Shown piece by piece: positions 28,227 through 42,223 of a stretch of 64,000 bases of DNA (positions are counted from its first letter, which is position 1; each line of letters starts with the position of its first letter). Below the pieces are notes generated by a model. The model ran no database searches. It was not told where the DNA came from and worked only from the letters and a program-made list of their open reading frames with translations. A program made the position numbers and the translations under genes. The DNA comes from Octopus vulgaris (lineage: Eukaryota): contig OX597825.1 of the NCBI GenBank assembly GCA_951406725.2, forward strand, positions 73,718,001 through 73,782,000, in the 5' to 3' direction.

Positions 28227-29065
28227 TTCTCAACGTGGAATAGTTACGAAGAAGAATGTAGGCAAATTTCTTCTATACGCTTGATGTGCAGGAAAACGAA
28301 GCAAGTCGCTGAATGGACCTTTACAATGAAATACGACGGCCATGCCTTCACTGAAGAGTGATCACAAGTCATGAAACGGTCCTGCAAGAGATTTCCTCGT
28401 TTATTTGCTCTTAGTAACAGTATACGACACATGTGCTTACATTATTAGTTTACCCACAGTGAGGCTTTATAATGTTTAAATATACTGAAGTTCTATATGT
28501 GTGAGTATGTGCATTCGTGTATGTGTGTGTTGTATATATTGCTCGGGTGATCAAAGCTTAGAGATACAAAATTAAGCACTCAATACCTCAATGTGTAGAT
28601 GTGTTATGATATTTATTACGTTACTTGTTGACAAACTCAATTCTACTTCAGTTGTCTGCGAAGTTCCATATAAAACTAAACTTGTAAATAGGTAATCTAA
28701 TATATATATACGTACCTATGCATGTATGTATGTATGTATGTATGTATGTATGTATGTATGTATGTATGTATGTATGTATGTATGTATGTATGTGTGTATG
28801 TATGTATGTATGTATGTATGTATGTATGTATGTATGTATGTGGGCATGTATATATGTATGTGTTGTGTGTGTGTGTGCGCGTGTGCCTGCGTTCGTGTGT
28901 GTTTAACTATATATACAGACATGCACACTTATATAATATGTATATACTCTTTTACTCGTTTCAGCCATGCGGCTGTGGTCATGCTGGAGCACCACCATAT
29001 ATATATGTATATAATTTTTGCAATGATAAAGATAGGAAGAGGGAGAAGTGTGAACGTGACCAAGG

Positions 29066-29112
<47 letters not shown>

Positions 29113-29616
29113 GTTTGGTCGGTGGCGTGTTTTGTAACACTATATGTTAGAGAACTATGTCAAGGGTTTCGTACTGCGGAAGCTAAGTATGTCAGGTAAA
29201 AAAAAAAAAAAATTCATAACGAATGGAGTCCTCGGTTATGCTGATAAACATCTCAATGAGAAACGTTGAGAACAGATATAAGAGGTATTAAGCACAAGCC
29301 AGAGAAAAAAAAAAATAAAACTAATATTTCGTCTTAGATTTCCGTTCCAAAGCACGTGAGGTGAGAATGCTCGAGTATTTTACTTACCATTTTTATTTTT
29401 GCGTGTTTTCAGAGACTATTTGAATGCCAGTGCTGCTACAGAATCACACATTGCTTGTTTTTCTTTCTGTGTTCCTTGCTTATGATGTAACCAGCTTGCA
29501 CAGTCATTTTGGGAACTCCTCTTCAACGCTTTGCTGTACATTATCACTTATATTAATTACAATTCTAATTTACCATCGTTGTTATTTTGTTTCTTTGGTA
29601 TTTATTTAAAGCCCAA

Positions 29617-30035
29617 GGCGGCGATGAGCTGGCAGAAACATTAGCACGCCGGGCGAAATGCGTAGCCGTATTTTGTCTGCCGCTACGTTCTGAGTTCAAA
29701 TTCCGCCGCGGTCGACTTTGCCTTTCATCCTTTCGGGGGTCGATAAATTAAGCACCAGTTACGCACTGGGGTCGATGTAATCGACTTAATACCTATGTCT
29801 GTCTTTGTTTGTCCCTTCTATGTTTAGCCCCTTGTGGATAATAAAGAAATAGGTATTTCGTCTGCCGCTACGTTCTGAGTTCAAATTCCGCCGCGGTCGA
29901 CTTTGCCTTTCATCCTTTCGGTGTCGATAAATTAAGTACCAGTTACGCACTGGGGTCGATGTAATCGACTTAATACCTATGTCTGTCTTTGTTTGTCCCT
30001 TCTATGTTTAGCCCCTTGTGGATAATAAAGAAATA
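29617..30035 (+). mobile_element. SINE family A dimer with 21-bp TSD
   Basis: TSD 'ggtatttatttaaagcccaag' at 29597-29617 and 30036-30056; second unit starts 'ggtatttcgtctgcc' at ~29852. Confidence 0.95.
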
Positions 30036-30559
30036 GGTATTTATTTAAAGCCCAAGTCGTCGACAGTTAAAATATGACGATGCTTGCCAAACTGATCTCA
30101 TTCATTGCCGTTGGTTTATTTATCTATTCATTTGTATATTCCTTGTTTTCTTTTCATCTATCTTTCTTTCTTGGAGTGGTGGTGCTGAACACTAGAAAGA
30201 ATGCAAGCGAGTTACATTATCGACAAGGTATCCAATTTCGGTAAAGTGAAATATCTGAATGGCGTGCTGAGATTTCAAGCTAATATATATGGCGTTCGTT
30301 TAGGATGTGAGACCAGCAGGCTCTGTAAAGCGACCGACGAATATGATTTGCCTTATTGAATTATAACCTTTTATGTCACCCTCTGAAATCCAAACCTATA
30401 TCCAGCGATGACAGGTCTTTTCTGTACTTCCGGGGTCGATAAAAAACATCAATCAAATATTGAAACCGGTTTAACTTATTTGTACGTTATAAGAATATAC
30501 TCCAAAGTGTCCAGCCTCATGCATAGGTTGTCCTCCAAAGCCTATATATACATATACAT

Positions 30560-30918
30560 ACAAATATTCTATAATTATAAACATTAATTATAATCAAGGG
30601 TCAGCTAATTAATTCACCAGGCACCGAATTTAGAAATAGGACTTAAAATACCTTTTCCGCTACTATAGATATCTTCCAGACAGTAACACACTTTTTTTAC
30701 GAAGGCAAAGAGGGAAAATAACGAATCCACACGATTCAGATTAGCTACATACGCGTTTCGGGATTAAAGTAAAGTTATATTTAAAAGTGTGTTACTGTCT
30801 GGGAGATATTTATGGTAGCGGAAAAGGTATTTTAACTACTATTTCTAAATTCCGTGCCTGGCGAAGCAATTAGCTGATCCCTGATTATTATTATGTTTAT
30901 AATTATAGAATATTTGTA
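30560..30918. repeat. Fold-back inverted repeat, ~135-bp arms
   Basis: 'caaatattctataattataaacat...cagacagtaacacactttt' versus 'aaaagtgtgttactgtctg...atgtttataattatagaatatttg'. Confidence 0.92.
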
Positions 30919-31670
30919 TAATTTTACCAAAAAAGGTTATTTTAACGTATCGATCTACTTGGTACAATTATTAATTATTAATTATAAATAAAATCAGTAA
31001 AATATTTACCATTTCAGCACCGGGGTAGATATAATCACTTTTACCCCAACCCTCAAAACCATGCTGGCCTTGTGCCAAAATTCGAAAATAAAATTATTTA
31101 GAGCTAGCAGTAATTCTTTCGACTCTTGAAACCCCACCGAGGTCAGCTTTGCTTTTCATCCTTTCGAGGTCAATGAAATAATGTACCAGTGGAGCTCAGA
31201 GATCGATTCAATCAGCCCACCTAAATCTGCTGGCCTTGTGCTAAAACTGGAAATCAAATAATTTAGAGCCAGCTAGCTGCCATTGGGTACACAATGTATA
31301 ATAGATTTCTTGTCTTAACAAACCAGTAGTTGGAAACGATTGCGCGGCAGATGGTAATTTGTCTGTATTGACGTGACACATACAATTTTCTGAGAAGCTT
31401 CGTTTCTGTGTTGAGTGAAATTGTTCCAGTGCAAATAGTAACAAGGTAAATAGACGTGTACCTGATGGCAGTGGAAAAGCTAGGTGATATCAAAGACGGA
31501 GAACAACGGTGCTGTAATGATGAGGTGTGATGAAGTAAGTTCCAGTGCAGATAACGTTAAATATATCATCAACATGGCTTCTGATATCTCTTGATTCATT
31601 TTACGGACGTAATGCGTAATAATAGGCTTGCTGTAGACGTATAAGCATTGATAATCACGATAGCTTCACG

Positions 31671-31750
<80 letters not shown>

Positions 31751-32147
31751 TAATAATAATAATAATGTTACTGGTTAAATCTATGGAATATCGACAGGAT
31801 ATGACACAGCAGGATTCAGGTAGTTAAGAGAGAGGGAGAGAGAGAGAGAGGGAGAGCGAGAGGGAGAGGGAGAGAAAGAAGCGAGGGGGAGGGTCACACA
31901 AGATGGTATTCTGTAGCATATCGTATTAGAGGTTAGGTGATATCAATACTATACGTAAGCGAAAAGTGAGAAAAATCTCTCTCCGCCCCAAAAGAAAAAA
32001 ATGAAAAACGAAAACAGCAGAGCAAATCAACAAAGTCATTAGATAGGGAAAAGTTGTGGCTGTTGATCAGAAAGATAGTGACGATAGCTGCTGCTGCTGT
32101 TGCTGCTGCTGATGATGATGATGATAATACTTTCTACTGTAGGCACC

Positions 32148-32322
32148 AGGCCTCAAATTTTATGGGGAGGAGATAAGACGATCACATCTTCCTCAGTACG
32201 TTACTGGTACTTAATTTATCGAGGCAAAGTCGGCCTCGGTAGAATTTGAACTCAGGTCGTAAAGACGGACGAAATGCCGCTGAGCACTCTGTCCGGCGTG
32301 CTAACGAATCTGCGTCTTCACT
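32148..32322 (-). mobile_element. SINE family A (tail variant) with internal deletion
   Basis: 'tactttctactgtaggcacc...actggtacttaatttatcga|ggcaaagtcggcctcgg...gctaacga'. Confidence 0.75.
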
Positions 32323-32743
32323 ACCCTACTACTACTACTACTACTACTACTACTAATAATAATAATAATAATATAACGGTGCCAGTGAGATAATTTTTCA
32401 ATAATAATACAAATAAGGTTGCAAAACGTTAGAAATTTAAGTAGGATCAGCAGTCAGAGTGGCAGCAGCAGCAGCAGCAGCAGAAATAGTGATGAACCCT
32501 ATGCACTTTGTAATTATGCGCATCCATAAGAAGGACTTTACCGTAATTTAGTTACGTTAACAAGGCAATATTCATAGTTCACACCTGTACACACAGACAT
32601 GAACACTGTCTCCGCGCATGTATCAATATACATACATACGTATTTATGTACACTGTTTAAATAAATATATAAATTTATTTATTTATATGTATATATGTAT
32701 ATAAATACATATGTACTTAATGTATATTAACATAATTTGTGCA

Positions 32744-32825
<82 letters not shown>

Positions 32826-32937
32826 GTATATGCATAATATATTTATTTATATATGTATATCTGTACATATTTAAATATATATACATATATATATATATAC
32901 GTACGTACATACATACATACATACATACATACATACA

Positions 32938-32973
<36 letters not shown>

Positions 32974-32985
32974 TATATAGAGAGA

Positions 32986-33177
32986 GGGGGGGAATTAACA
33001 ACAAAAAAAAAACAAACAAAAGACGAAGACAGGTGGTGTAGACAACAAACAGATGTATTAGTATAACGCTCGGGAAGTGAAAAAAGTCTTTAACGTTTCG
33101 AGCCTACGCTCTTCCACAGAAAAGAACACAGAAAGAAACCAGGAGAGAAAATAAAGAATGCGTAGTGGTTAGCGATC
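32986..33177 (-). mobile_element. Penelope-like pseudo-LTR fragment (family F1) with hammerhead-like motif
   Basis: Minus strand 'tttCTGTGGA-A-GAGC-GTAG-GCTC-GAAAC-GTT-aaag' at 33087-33125. Confidence 0.65.
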
Positions 33178-33223
33178 TCTATCTATCTATCTATCTATCT
33201 ATCTACTATCTATCTATCTATCC

Positions 33224-33299
<76 letters not shown>

Positions 33300-33585
33300 G
33301 CCTATCTGGCTGTAGTTATTAGTATTAAATTATGAAGAGAGCATAGTTAACCACAAAATGAAAAGAGTAGCTTAAGAAAAGCAAATCGCTTAGTTTAGCT
33401 ACACGAAGGTTGAATGCGACAACTGTACAATTGTTTCCCTTCCGTGAGAGATTATCAACAATCGGAAAAGCCCTATTAATTATCCTTATACACAGTCGTC
33501 AGCGTGAGAAAGAAAAAAAGAAAAGTAGTAAAACCCTGAACGTTGGCGAGCTGATTGAAAGGAAAATCAAAGATACGTGCGACCT

Positions 33586-33645
<60 letters not shown>

Positions 33646-33740
33646 CATATGCATACATATATATACATACGCACACACATATATGTATAAATATATATGT
33701 ACATATATACCCGCACAAATATTTTATATATGTATATATT

Positions 33741-33965
33741 ATGGATGTGGGTTTCTTTAAAACTAAATTGGATCTCTTCTTGTCGGGGGTCTCAGATGAA
33801 CCTACCTCACGACAGGAGACACAAATGCGGGCCGTAGCATCGAACTCCCTTGTTGACCAAGTGCCACGTATCAGAGGTGGATTCACATATTAGTGTAGCT
33901 CATTCAACGGTGGTGCCCCAGCATGGCCGTGGCCTTCGGGCTAAAACATTTTAAAGGAATTAAGG

Positions 33966-33968
<3 letters not shown>
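33741..33968 (+). mobile_element. 5'-truncated LINE 3' end (CR1-group-like ORF2 C-terminus plus 3' UTR)
   Basis: Encodes '[21 protein letters not shown]...[11 protein letters not shown]', stop at 33893, then 'ggtggtgccccagcatggcc' and a short terminal repeat; FKxxLDxFL is typical of CR1/L2-group ORF2 ends. Confidence 0.75.
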
Positions 33969-34010
<42 letters not shown>

Positions 34011-35125
34011 TGAGTATATACGTGCGTGCGTGCGAATGTATCTGGGCACATATATGTGCCTAAACACATACTATATATTTTCTTACGACCTACAAACCAA
34101 GGCACAGACACACACACATACATATACACACACACACACACACCCCACTCACGCGCAGACACAGACACACAGATATATGCATGTTTCCTTAAGTATTCTT
34201 GTATTTGCTTCCACACCTATATACCTATATATTGTATATCTACCTGTGTAAGAAACAATCAATCAATCCATCAGTCAATCAATCAATCAATCAATGTATG
34301 TGTCTATATATGTATGCATCTCTTTATGTATGTCTATATGTATGTGTGCGGGCATGCATGTATGTATGTATGTATATATGTATGTCTGAATGAATGTATT
34401 TATGTATGTATGTATGTATGAATGTATGTATGTATGTATGTATGTATGTATGTATGTATGTATTTATGCATGTATGTATGTTTGTATGTATGTATGAATG
34501 TATGTATGTATATATGTATGTATGAATGCATGTATTTATTTATGCATGCATGTATGTATGTATGTATGTATCTAGCTATCGATCGATCGATCTAAGCATA
34601 CATAAATACATTAATGATATATAAAATATACATATGCGTACGATCAGTATATTCAATATGCATACACATGTATGTGTGTGTGTGTGTGTGTGTATAGTGA
34701 GTGAGAGAGAGAAAGAGAGGGAGAGTGAGAGAAGCTGAGAGTGACAGAGAGAGCGGAAAAAATGAATATGTGTAATATATACATGGATGTACAACAAAAC
34801 CAGAAAAGAAACGAAGAGACAGAAAAAAGGAGAGAAAGGCGACAGAGACAAAGTGAAAGTAGAGAGAGACAGAGGCACGGAGGAAGAGATAAAGGAGAAG
34901 TAAGAAAGCGAAAGAGAGAGAGAGGGGGGGAGAAAGGAAACAAAACCATATCAAGAGTGTAAGAGAGAATCTGTCGAAACCACTTACGTATTGATTATCT
35001 GAGGAAATCATAATGTACAAGTTTTTTTTTCGTTTATGCTTGTTGATACATAGATCCAAAGCACATACAAACATAAATAGACGCACGCATACATACATAC
35101 ATACATACATACATACATACATACA

Positions 35126-35171
<46 letters not shown>

Positions 35172-35263
35172 AGTATATAAAAATAATTATATATATATAT
35201 AAATAAACAGACATACATAAAAAAATATATACACATACGCATATACATACATATGCATATACA

Positions 35264-35368
<105 letters not shown>

Positions 35369-35388
35369 AATATATACATATATATATA

Positions 35389-35422
<34 letters not shown>

Positions 35423-35576
35423 CATAGACATATTCATAGTAAAATGTATTTTTCGATATACATCCATGTATAATGCACAAGTTATTTTTTGTTTATATGT
35501 CTTTGTTACACAGATTCAAAGCACATGCGCACATGAATATATATATATATATACATATATACATATATACATGTAT

Positions 35577-35613
<37 letters not shown>

Positions 35614-36085
35614 TATGTGTGTGTGCATATATGTATTTATATATATATATATATATACATACATATGATTTGTGTGTTTATTCATAGGTTTCCAGTAAAG
35701 CTTTTGCTATTGTTTTCGCACTCTTTGTTTTGTTTTGTTTTTTTTCTTTTGTTTGCTTTATATTGTTGTGTTTATTTTTATTTGTGTCCCAGCAACACTC
35801 AGTTGTTAAATTTCAAAGAAGTGCACCAGATGACATCTGTAGTGTTGTACTGCCGACTGGATGGACAGTGTCTGATGACAGTGGGACGGAAAGATGGCTG
35901 GGTGTTTGGTTGACTGGCTGGCTGGCTGGCTGGCTGCCTGGTTTGTTGGTTGATTTGTTTGCAAATGGTGTGGCTGGTCGGTTTGATGGTTGGATAATTG
36001 GAGAGATAGATAGAAATATGAAGGTAAACAATGATAGCTGAATGGATGCACGGATCATATAATGAGTGAGCGTGTATGTGGTTGT

Positions 36086-36158
<73 letters not shown>

Positions 36159-36167
36159 AATAAATAA

Positions 36168-36218
<51 letters not shown>

Positions 36219-36231
36219 TAAATAAATAAAT

Positions 36232-36283
<52 letters not shown>

Positions 36284-36509
36284 GTAACACAATGTACGGA
36301 ATAAAGAATACAAAAACAATCAAATTGAGTTATGTAATAGTCTTATCTTGACAGCTGTTTCGGACAACCCGTGACTTATGCCGTATCCACGAACATTACA
36401 TAAAATGAAACAGAGTGTAACAGGTGTATGGAATCTCTCTTTCTCGCTCTCCCTCTTTTCTCTCCCTCCCTCTCTCTCTATATATATATACATACATACA
36501 TACATACAT

Positions 36510-36573
<64 letters not shown>

Positions 36574-36589
36574 TTATCAATTCGCTTTG

Positions 36590-36860
36590 CAAGATACCTG
36601 ATGTGAAATCGTGAAATCGTGTGTTGAAACAGATATTGTTGCATTTCGGGATGGTCATTTTACTTATAGTATTATATCTTTTGCTAAATAAACACACGCA
36701 CTATATATTTTTCTTCACTCGTTTATTACTGTTATTTGTTTTTTACTTTAATGCCTGTCCATTGTACGGAAATCTTTCGTCACACATCTGTGACCTCTAC
36801 ACAAACACCTTTCGTCTCCGTGTGTGTTCTTGCTCCACTTATTCCATTCTGTGCTTCTAA
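36590..36860 (-). mobile_element. Short repeat family F2 (pseudo-LTR-like)
   Basis: Shares 'aaacacacgcactata' and 'ctttcgtcacac.tctgtgacctc' with 38362-38555, and 'cctgatg.gaaatcgtg.gttgaaacagatattg' with 16050-16165. Confidence 0.6.
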
Positions 36861-37096
36861 GATGTGTATTTTTACGTACGCATGCGTTTGTGTCCTTGTT
36901 TGTTTGTTTGTGTGTGTATGTGTGTGTATGTGTGTGTGTGTATGTGTATGCTTGTGTGTGTGTCATAGTTTTTAGCAGCAGTGTGGCCTTCCCCTCAGCA
37001 GCTACTGTTTTAAGAGCCGAGTAAAAAGAAGAAAGATACAGTTCCTGTATCTTCTGTTTGTTCGCTAACGGTGTTACCATCGTGTTACTTGTTTTT

Positions 37097-37168
<72 letters not shown>

Positions 37169-37222
37169 GCATATAGGTTGATAGATAGACAGACAGACAG
37201 ATAGACACACAAACAGACAAAC

Positions 37223-37300
<78 letters not shown>

Positions 37301-37455
37301 TGATTCCAGTCTTCTGAAGCCACTAGTAGAGACGGATTAATTGTTTGTTTCTCTCTGATTAGTCCTGCGAGGTAGACACATTTGATGAGACCCCAATAAC
37401 GGTTGGAATTCGATTAGAATTTATCATATAGGTGTCTGTGTGTGTATATGTACAT

Positions 37456-37500
<45 letters not shown>

Positions 37501-37653
37501 CATATATATACATATACATATATATATATATATATATATGGATACACACATACAACCATACACATACACACAAGTCAGTAAACAAAGGAAAATTGGTACT
37601 CAATACATCTAGTAGATGTTATATCTTTATAATAAGAATTTGTCTCGGCACTG

Positions 37654-37703
37654 CATAACTTGAAGTTTCGTCCGAATAGGACACGTCCACATCTTCAGAT
37701 GTT
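37654..37703 (-). ncRNA. Candidate type-I hammerhead ribozyme
   Basis: Minus strand cat-CTGAAGA-tgtggacgtGTCCtattcGGAC-GAAAC-ttcaa-GTT-atg; core motifs intact, stem I cat/atg, stem II irregular. Confidence 0.45.
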
Positions 37704-38083
37704 CGCTGTCAGTATGAAGAGAATTTAAATTATTTCTATATGACAATATACATTAACGTGTGTAATCTTGATCTTTTAATTATTTCAGTCTTTCCTGCAA
37801 AGAACGAATTTTCATCCAGAAAAAAGAAAGCGAAAAACAGGTGGATATTAGAAAAAAAAAATTTTAGAAAAGTTTTGCACACATTTATTGTTCCGCTTAC
37901 TGATTGTATTTCGAAAATCACATCTGATCGCATCTTATTTGAAAACCTGTATGTAAGTATGTACACAGGCAGTTCACTCTCTAGTCACGTGATTCCGAAT
38001 TCAGTACCATGGAGTGACACGTCCAGTGTCTTCTGTTATTGCTTCAGGCAATGAATGTTAGAGGGAGACTTTGGAAGGCTTTA

Positions 38084-38115
<32 letters not shown>

Positions 38116-38308
38116 TGTATTTGTGCTTATTTTTGTGCCAGTGTTTTTCACACACCCAAACACCCCCCCAAACACACACAGTCACATAGACACACATATA
38201 TATAAATATATACATACATATAGATACATCTGTACAGGTATAGAAATGCATGGATAAATATACGTGTGTGAGTATCTATATATTTGTATGTATACATATA
38301 TATATACC

Positions 38309-38364
<56 letters not shown>

Positions 38365-38457
38365 CCAGTTTAGCCAATAAAAACACACGCACTATATATT
38401 TGGTGTTAATTTGCTTTAGCGTTATTTATTTTTTACATTAATCTTAATCTTATTTCG

Positions 38458-38500
38458 TCCAGAGTTCTTTCGTCACACTTCTGTGACCTCATCAGTGGTC
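38458..38500 (-). ncRNA. Candidate minimal type-I hammerhead ribozyme in family F2
   Basis: Minus strand cca-CTGATGA-G-GTCACA-gaag-TGTGAC-GAAAG-aa-CTC-tgg: intact core, perfect 6-bp stem II, stem I cca/tgg, NUH = CUC. Confidence 0.6.
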
Positions 38501-38881
38501 CTTTGCCTTCTTTTTTCTTATTTGTCTCTCTCTCCTTACTAACGGTCAGCCATTATATATATATAAGGGTAAAAATTGATATTAATTAGATTAATATCAA
38601 TTTAAACCAGTGGCCTAGCACATTGAAAAAAATTCCTCTTATATGTAAGTAATATATATATACATACATGTATTTATATAAACATATAGATATACATATA
38701 TACATACATGTGTGTGTGTGTGTTGTGTGTGTGTGAATATATGCATTTTGCATATACAAACATACTGTGTATATGTCGATGTTAAGCAGGTTAAGTATGT
38801 GCTTAATTCTGGTTGGATGTCAATAGTCATCTCTTGTCTCAAGTGGATCCCTAATGGACAGAAAAAAATTACCAAGTCAGG

Positions 38882-38932
<51 letters not shown>

Positions 38933-39437
38933 CGAGAGAGGTAGAGAGAGAGACAGTGAGGAAAGTTGAGAGACAACCTGAGTGGTTGAAAGGGAAAATC
39001 GAAATGAAGAGAAAGAGGTGAAAAGCATGGACAGAGAAAGAGAGAGAGAGAGACGTTCAGTGAGGGAGTGTGTGAGAATGAGAGGGAATGAAGAGACAGA
39101 GGAGAAATATAGGGACAGAGAGAGAGAGAGAGGGGAAGAGAAAGTGAGAGAGAGAAGAGCAGAGATGCGATGATAAACTGTGTTAGAGAATAAATTTTTA
39201 ATGATGTCCTCATAATCTCTGCATAGACACAACTCTATAAAGACCGAGGCTCTGTACCTACCTACCCATCCACCCACCCACCTACCTACTTACCTACCTA
39301 CATACATACAAACGTATAATTTATATATATATATGTATGCATATATGTCTATATATATATGTATACATATATATATATACATACGTATGATAAACATACA
39401 TATGATATACATACACGTGCATATATGTACACACACA

Positions 39438-39483
<46 letters not shown>

Positions 39484-39559
39484 CATATCTATCTATATAA
39501 ATATGTATACAGATACGTACATACACACATATACATACATAGAAATATATATATATATA

Positions 39560-39792
<233 letters not shown>

Positions 39793-40069
39793 GCTGTGGC
39801 TCTTACGTGTTTCTTGAGCAATCTCTTTTGACATACAAATGTTTACGAACACGTAAATATGCGTAAGAGAGTTTTCCTCGCGTTCGTTTGAAAAAACACA
39901 TGCGCACATGCACACCTTTCCTCCTCTCCATATTCATACCAGCATATACATAAACACACACACACACTCACACACATACACACACACACGTGTGTATGTG
40001 TCTTTATATATTAATTAATTATAGAAACCTATTCCTGATGTACACCCATTGTACACAAACACACATATA

Positions 40070-40097
40070 ATGTATATATATATATATGTATATATAT

Positions 40098-40147
<50 letters not shown>

Positions 40148-40176
40148 ACATATATATGTATGTATACATATATATG

Positions 40177-40219
<43 letters not shown>

Positions 40220-40234
40220 ACATATATATGTATG

Positions 40235-40296
<62 letters not shown>

Positions 40297-40338
40297 TATG
40301 TATGTATATATATATATATATAAATATATATATATAAA

Positions 40339-40415
<77 letters not shown>
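40070..40415. repeat. Interrupted (TA)n microsatellite
   Basis: Directly visible. Confidence 0.97.
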
Positions 40416-40416
<1 letters not shown>

Positions 40417-40928
40417 CACTTTTATACTTATATGCATTTATGTATTTGTGTGTTTGTATAATAAACTATGGAGGCCTCGAAGACAATGGCTGCTGTTGTA
40501 TAACGAAGGTCAATGAGTGAGCAGGAGGTGATGGTGGGAGGTGAAGGTAAGAAAACCTGATGCGTCGGAAAGAAGAAAAGAGAGAGTAAAAGAGAGAGGG
40601 GGGTGAGGGATTGGAGGTTGGAGATAGAGTGTGAGATAAAGAGGGAGGGAGTGGAGAAGGAGAATTGATGTTTTACTTATTGTTTTTTTTTGTGGACAGA
40701 GCGCGGAGGGTTTGTTTGTGTTAGTTTCTGCTGGGAAGAACAATGTATTTTATTGATCAGTGACTGACCATCGAGGGAGAGAGTATCACTTTGATTACGT
40801 TGATAATACAAGCAGACAGAGAGAGAGAGATTGAGAGAGAGAGAGAGAGAATAGGTAGATAGATAGATGGGTAGATAGACAGATAACTACGGGGAAGAGA
40901 GAAGGAAGGGGAGAGAGACAGAGCGAGA

Positions 40929-40964
<36 letters not shown>

Positions 40965-41127
40965 ATAAGCAGGTAGAGTAAGACATTGATGGACAGATGC
41001 AGACACGATTAACAGATTCATCAGATATATAGGCTAGACAGAGACATAAGCAAATAAAGACGTATATACAAAGGCACAAATATATCTAATCATGTATATA
41101 TATATATATATATATACATATATATAT

Positions 41128-41345
41128 ACTCTTTACTCTTTACTCATTTACTTGTTTCAGTCATGTGATTGTGGCCATGCTGGAGCACTGCCTTTAGTCG
41201 AGCAAATCGACCCCGGGTCTTATTCGTTGTAAGCCTAGTACTTATTCTATCGGTCTCTTTTGCCGAGCCGCTAAGTTACGGGAACGTAAGCACACCGCCA
41301 TCGGTTGTCAAGCGATGTTGGGGGGACAAACAGAGACACAGACAC
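41128..41345 (-). mobile_element. SINE family B 3' arm
   Basis: 'ctctttactc...ttgtttcagtcat...ggccatgctggagcac...gggggacaaacagagacac' followed by (CA)n(TA)n. Confidence 0.88.
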
Positions 41346-41350
41346 ACAGA

Positions 41351-41436
<86 letters not shown>

Positions 41437-41692
41437 AACTAGTGCAACAGATTTATTAGACAGTGATATATGAGGTAGATAGATCGATAAGTAGATAGAG
41501 GTAGGCAGACATGAATAGATGCACTGAGAGATATACACCAACATGTTGTCTGACAAGTGACCATGTATAACTCTATACTTATATGCACATACTCACCAAC
41601 ATATACACCGATGTTTATCGGTATATTATCGCATGCAAAGCGACATATATCTCTGTACACAGATTTGTGGAGGCGCAATATCTCAGTGGTTA

Positions 41693-41924
41693 TGGCAGCG
41701 GACTGGCAGACACATTAGCACGCCGGGCGAAATGCGTAGCCGTATTTCGTCTGCCGTTACGTTCTGGGTTCAAATTCCGCCGAGGTCGACTTTGCCTTTC
41801 ATCCTTTCGGGGTCGATAAATTAAGTACCAGTTACGCACTGGGGTCGATGTAATCAACTTAATCCGTCCGTCTGTCCTTGTTTGTCCTCTCTGTGTTTAG
41901 CCCCTTGTGGGTAGTAAAGAAATA
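41693..41924 (+). mobile_element. SINE family A, full length
   Basis: Head to tail 'gggtagtaaagaaata'. Confidence 0.92.
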
Positions 41925-41933
41925 CATTTCCAT

Positions 41934-42223
41934 TTTGTAGTAAAGATTGTTTGCCAACATAACATGGCAGTCCTGGTTTAGGACTAATGTTGCTGTAATT
42001 TATCCCCAGGAGACATCGTCTCCAGCTGGCTATACGACACGGAGTGTGTCCTTATATTTTGAACAAGGGAGTTGGGGTGATAGATTTCCTTGTTCGAAAA
42101 TATAAGGACACAGATCGTGTCGTATTGCCGGCTGGAGACGAAGTCTTATGGGGATAAATTACAGCAACATTAGTCCTAAACCAGGACTGCCATGTTATGT
42201 TGGCAAACAATCTTTACTACAAA
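41934..42223. repeat. Fold-back palindrome, ~137-bp arms, ~15-nt loop
   Basis: Outer ~75 bp of the arms are exact reverse complements; the inner part has scattered mismatches. Confidence 0.95.
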
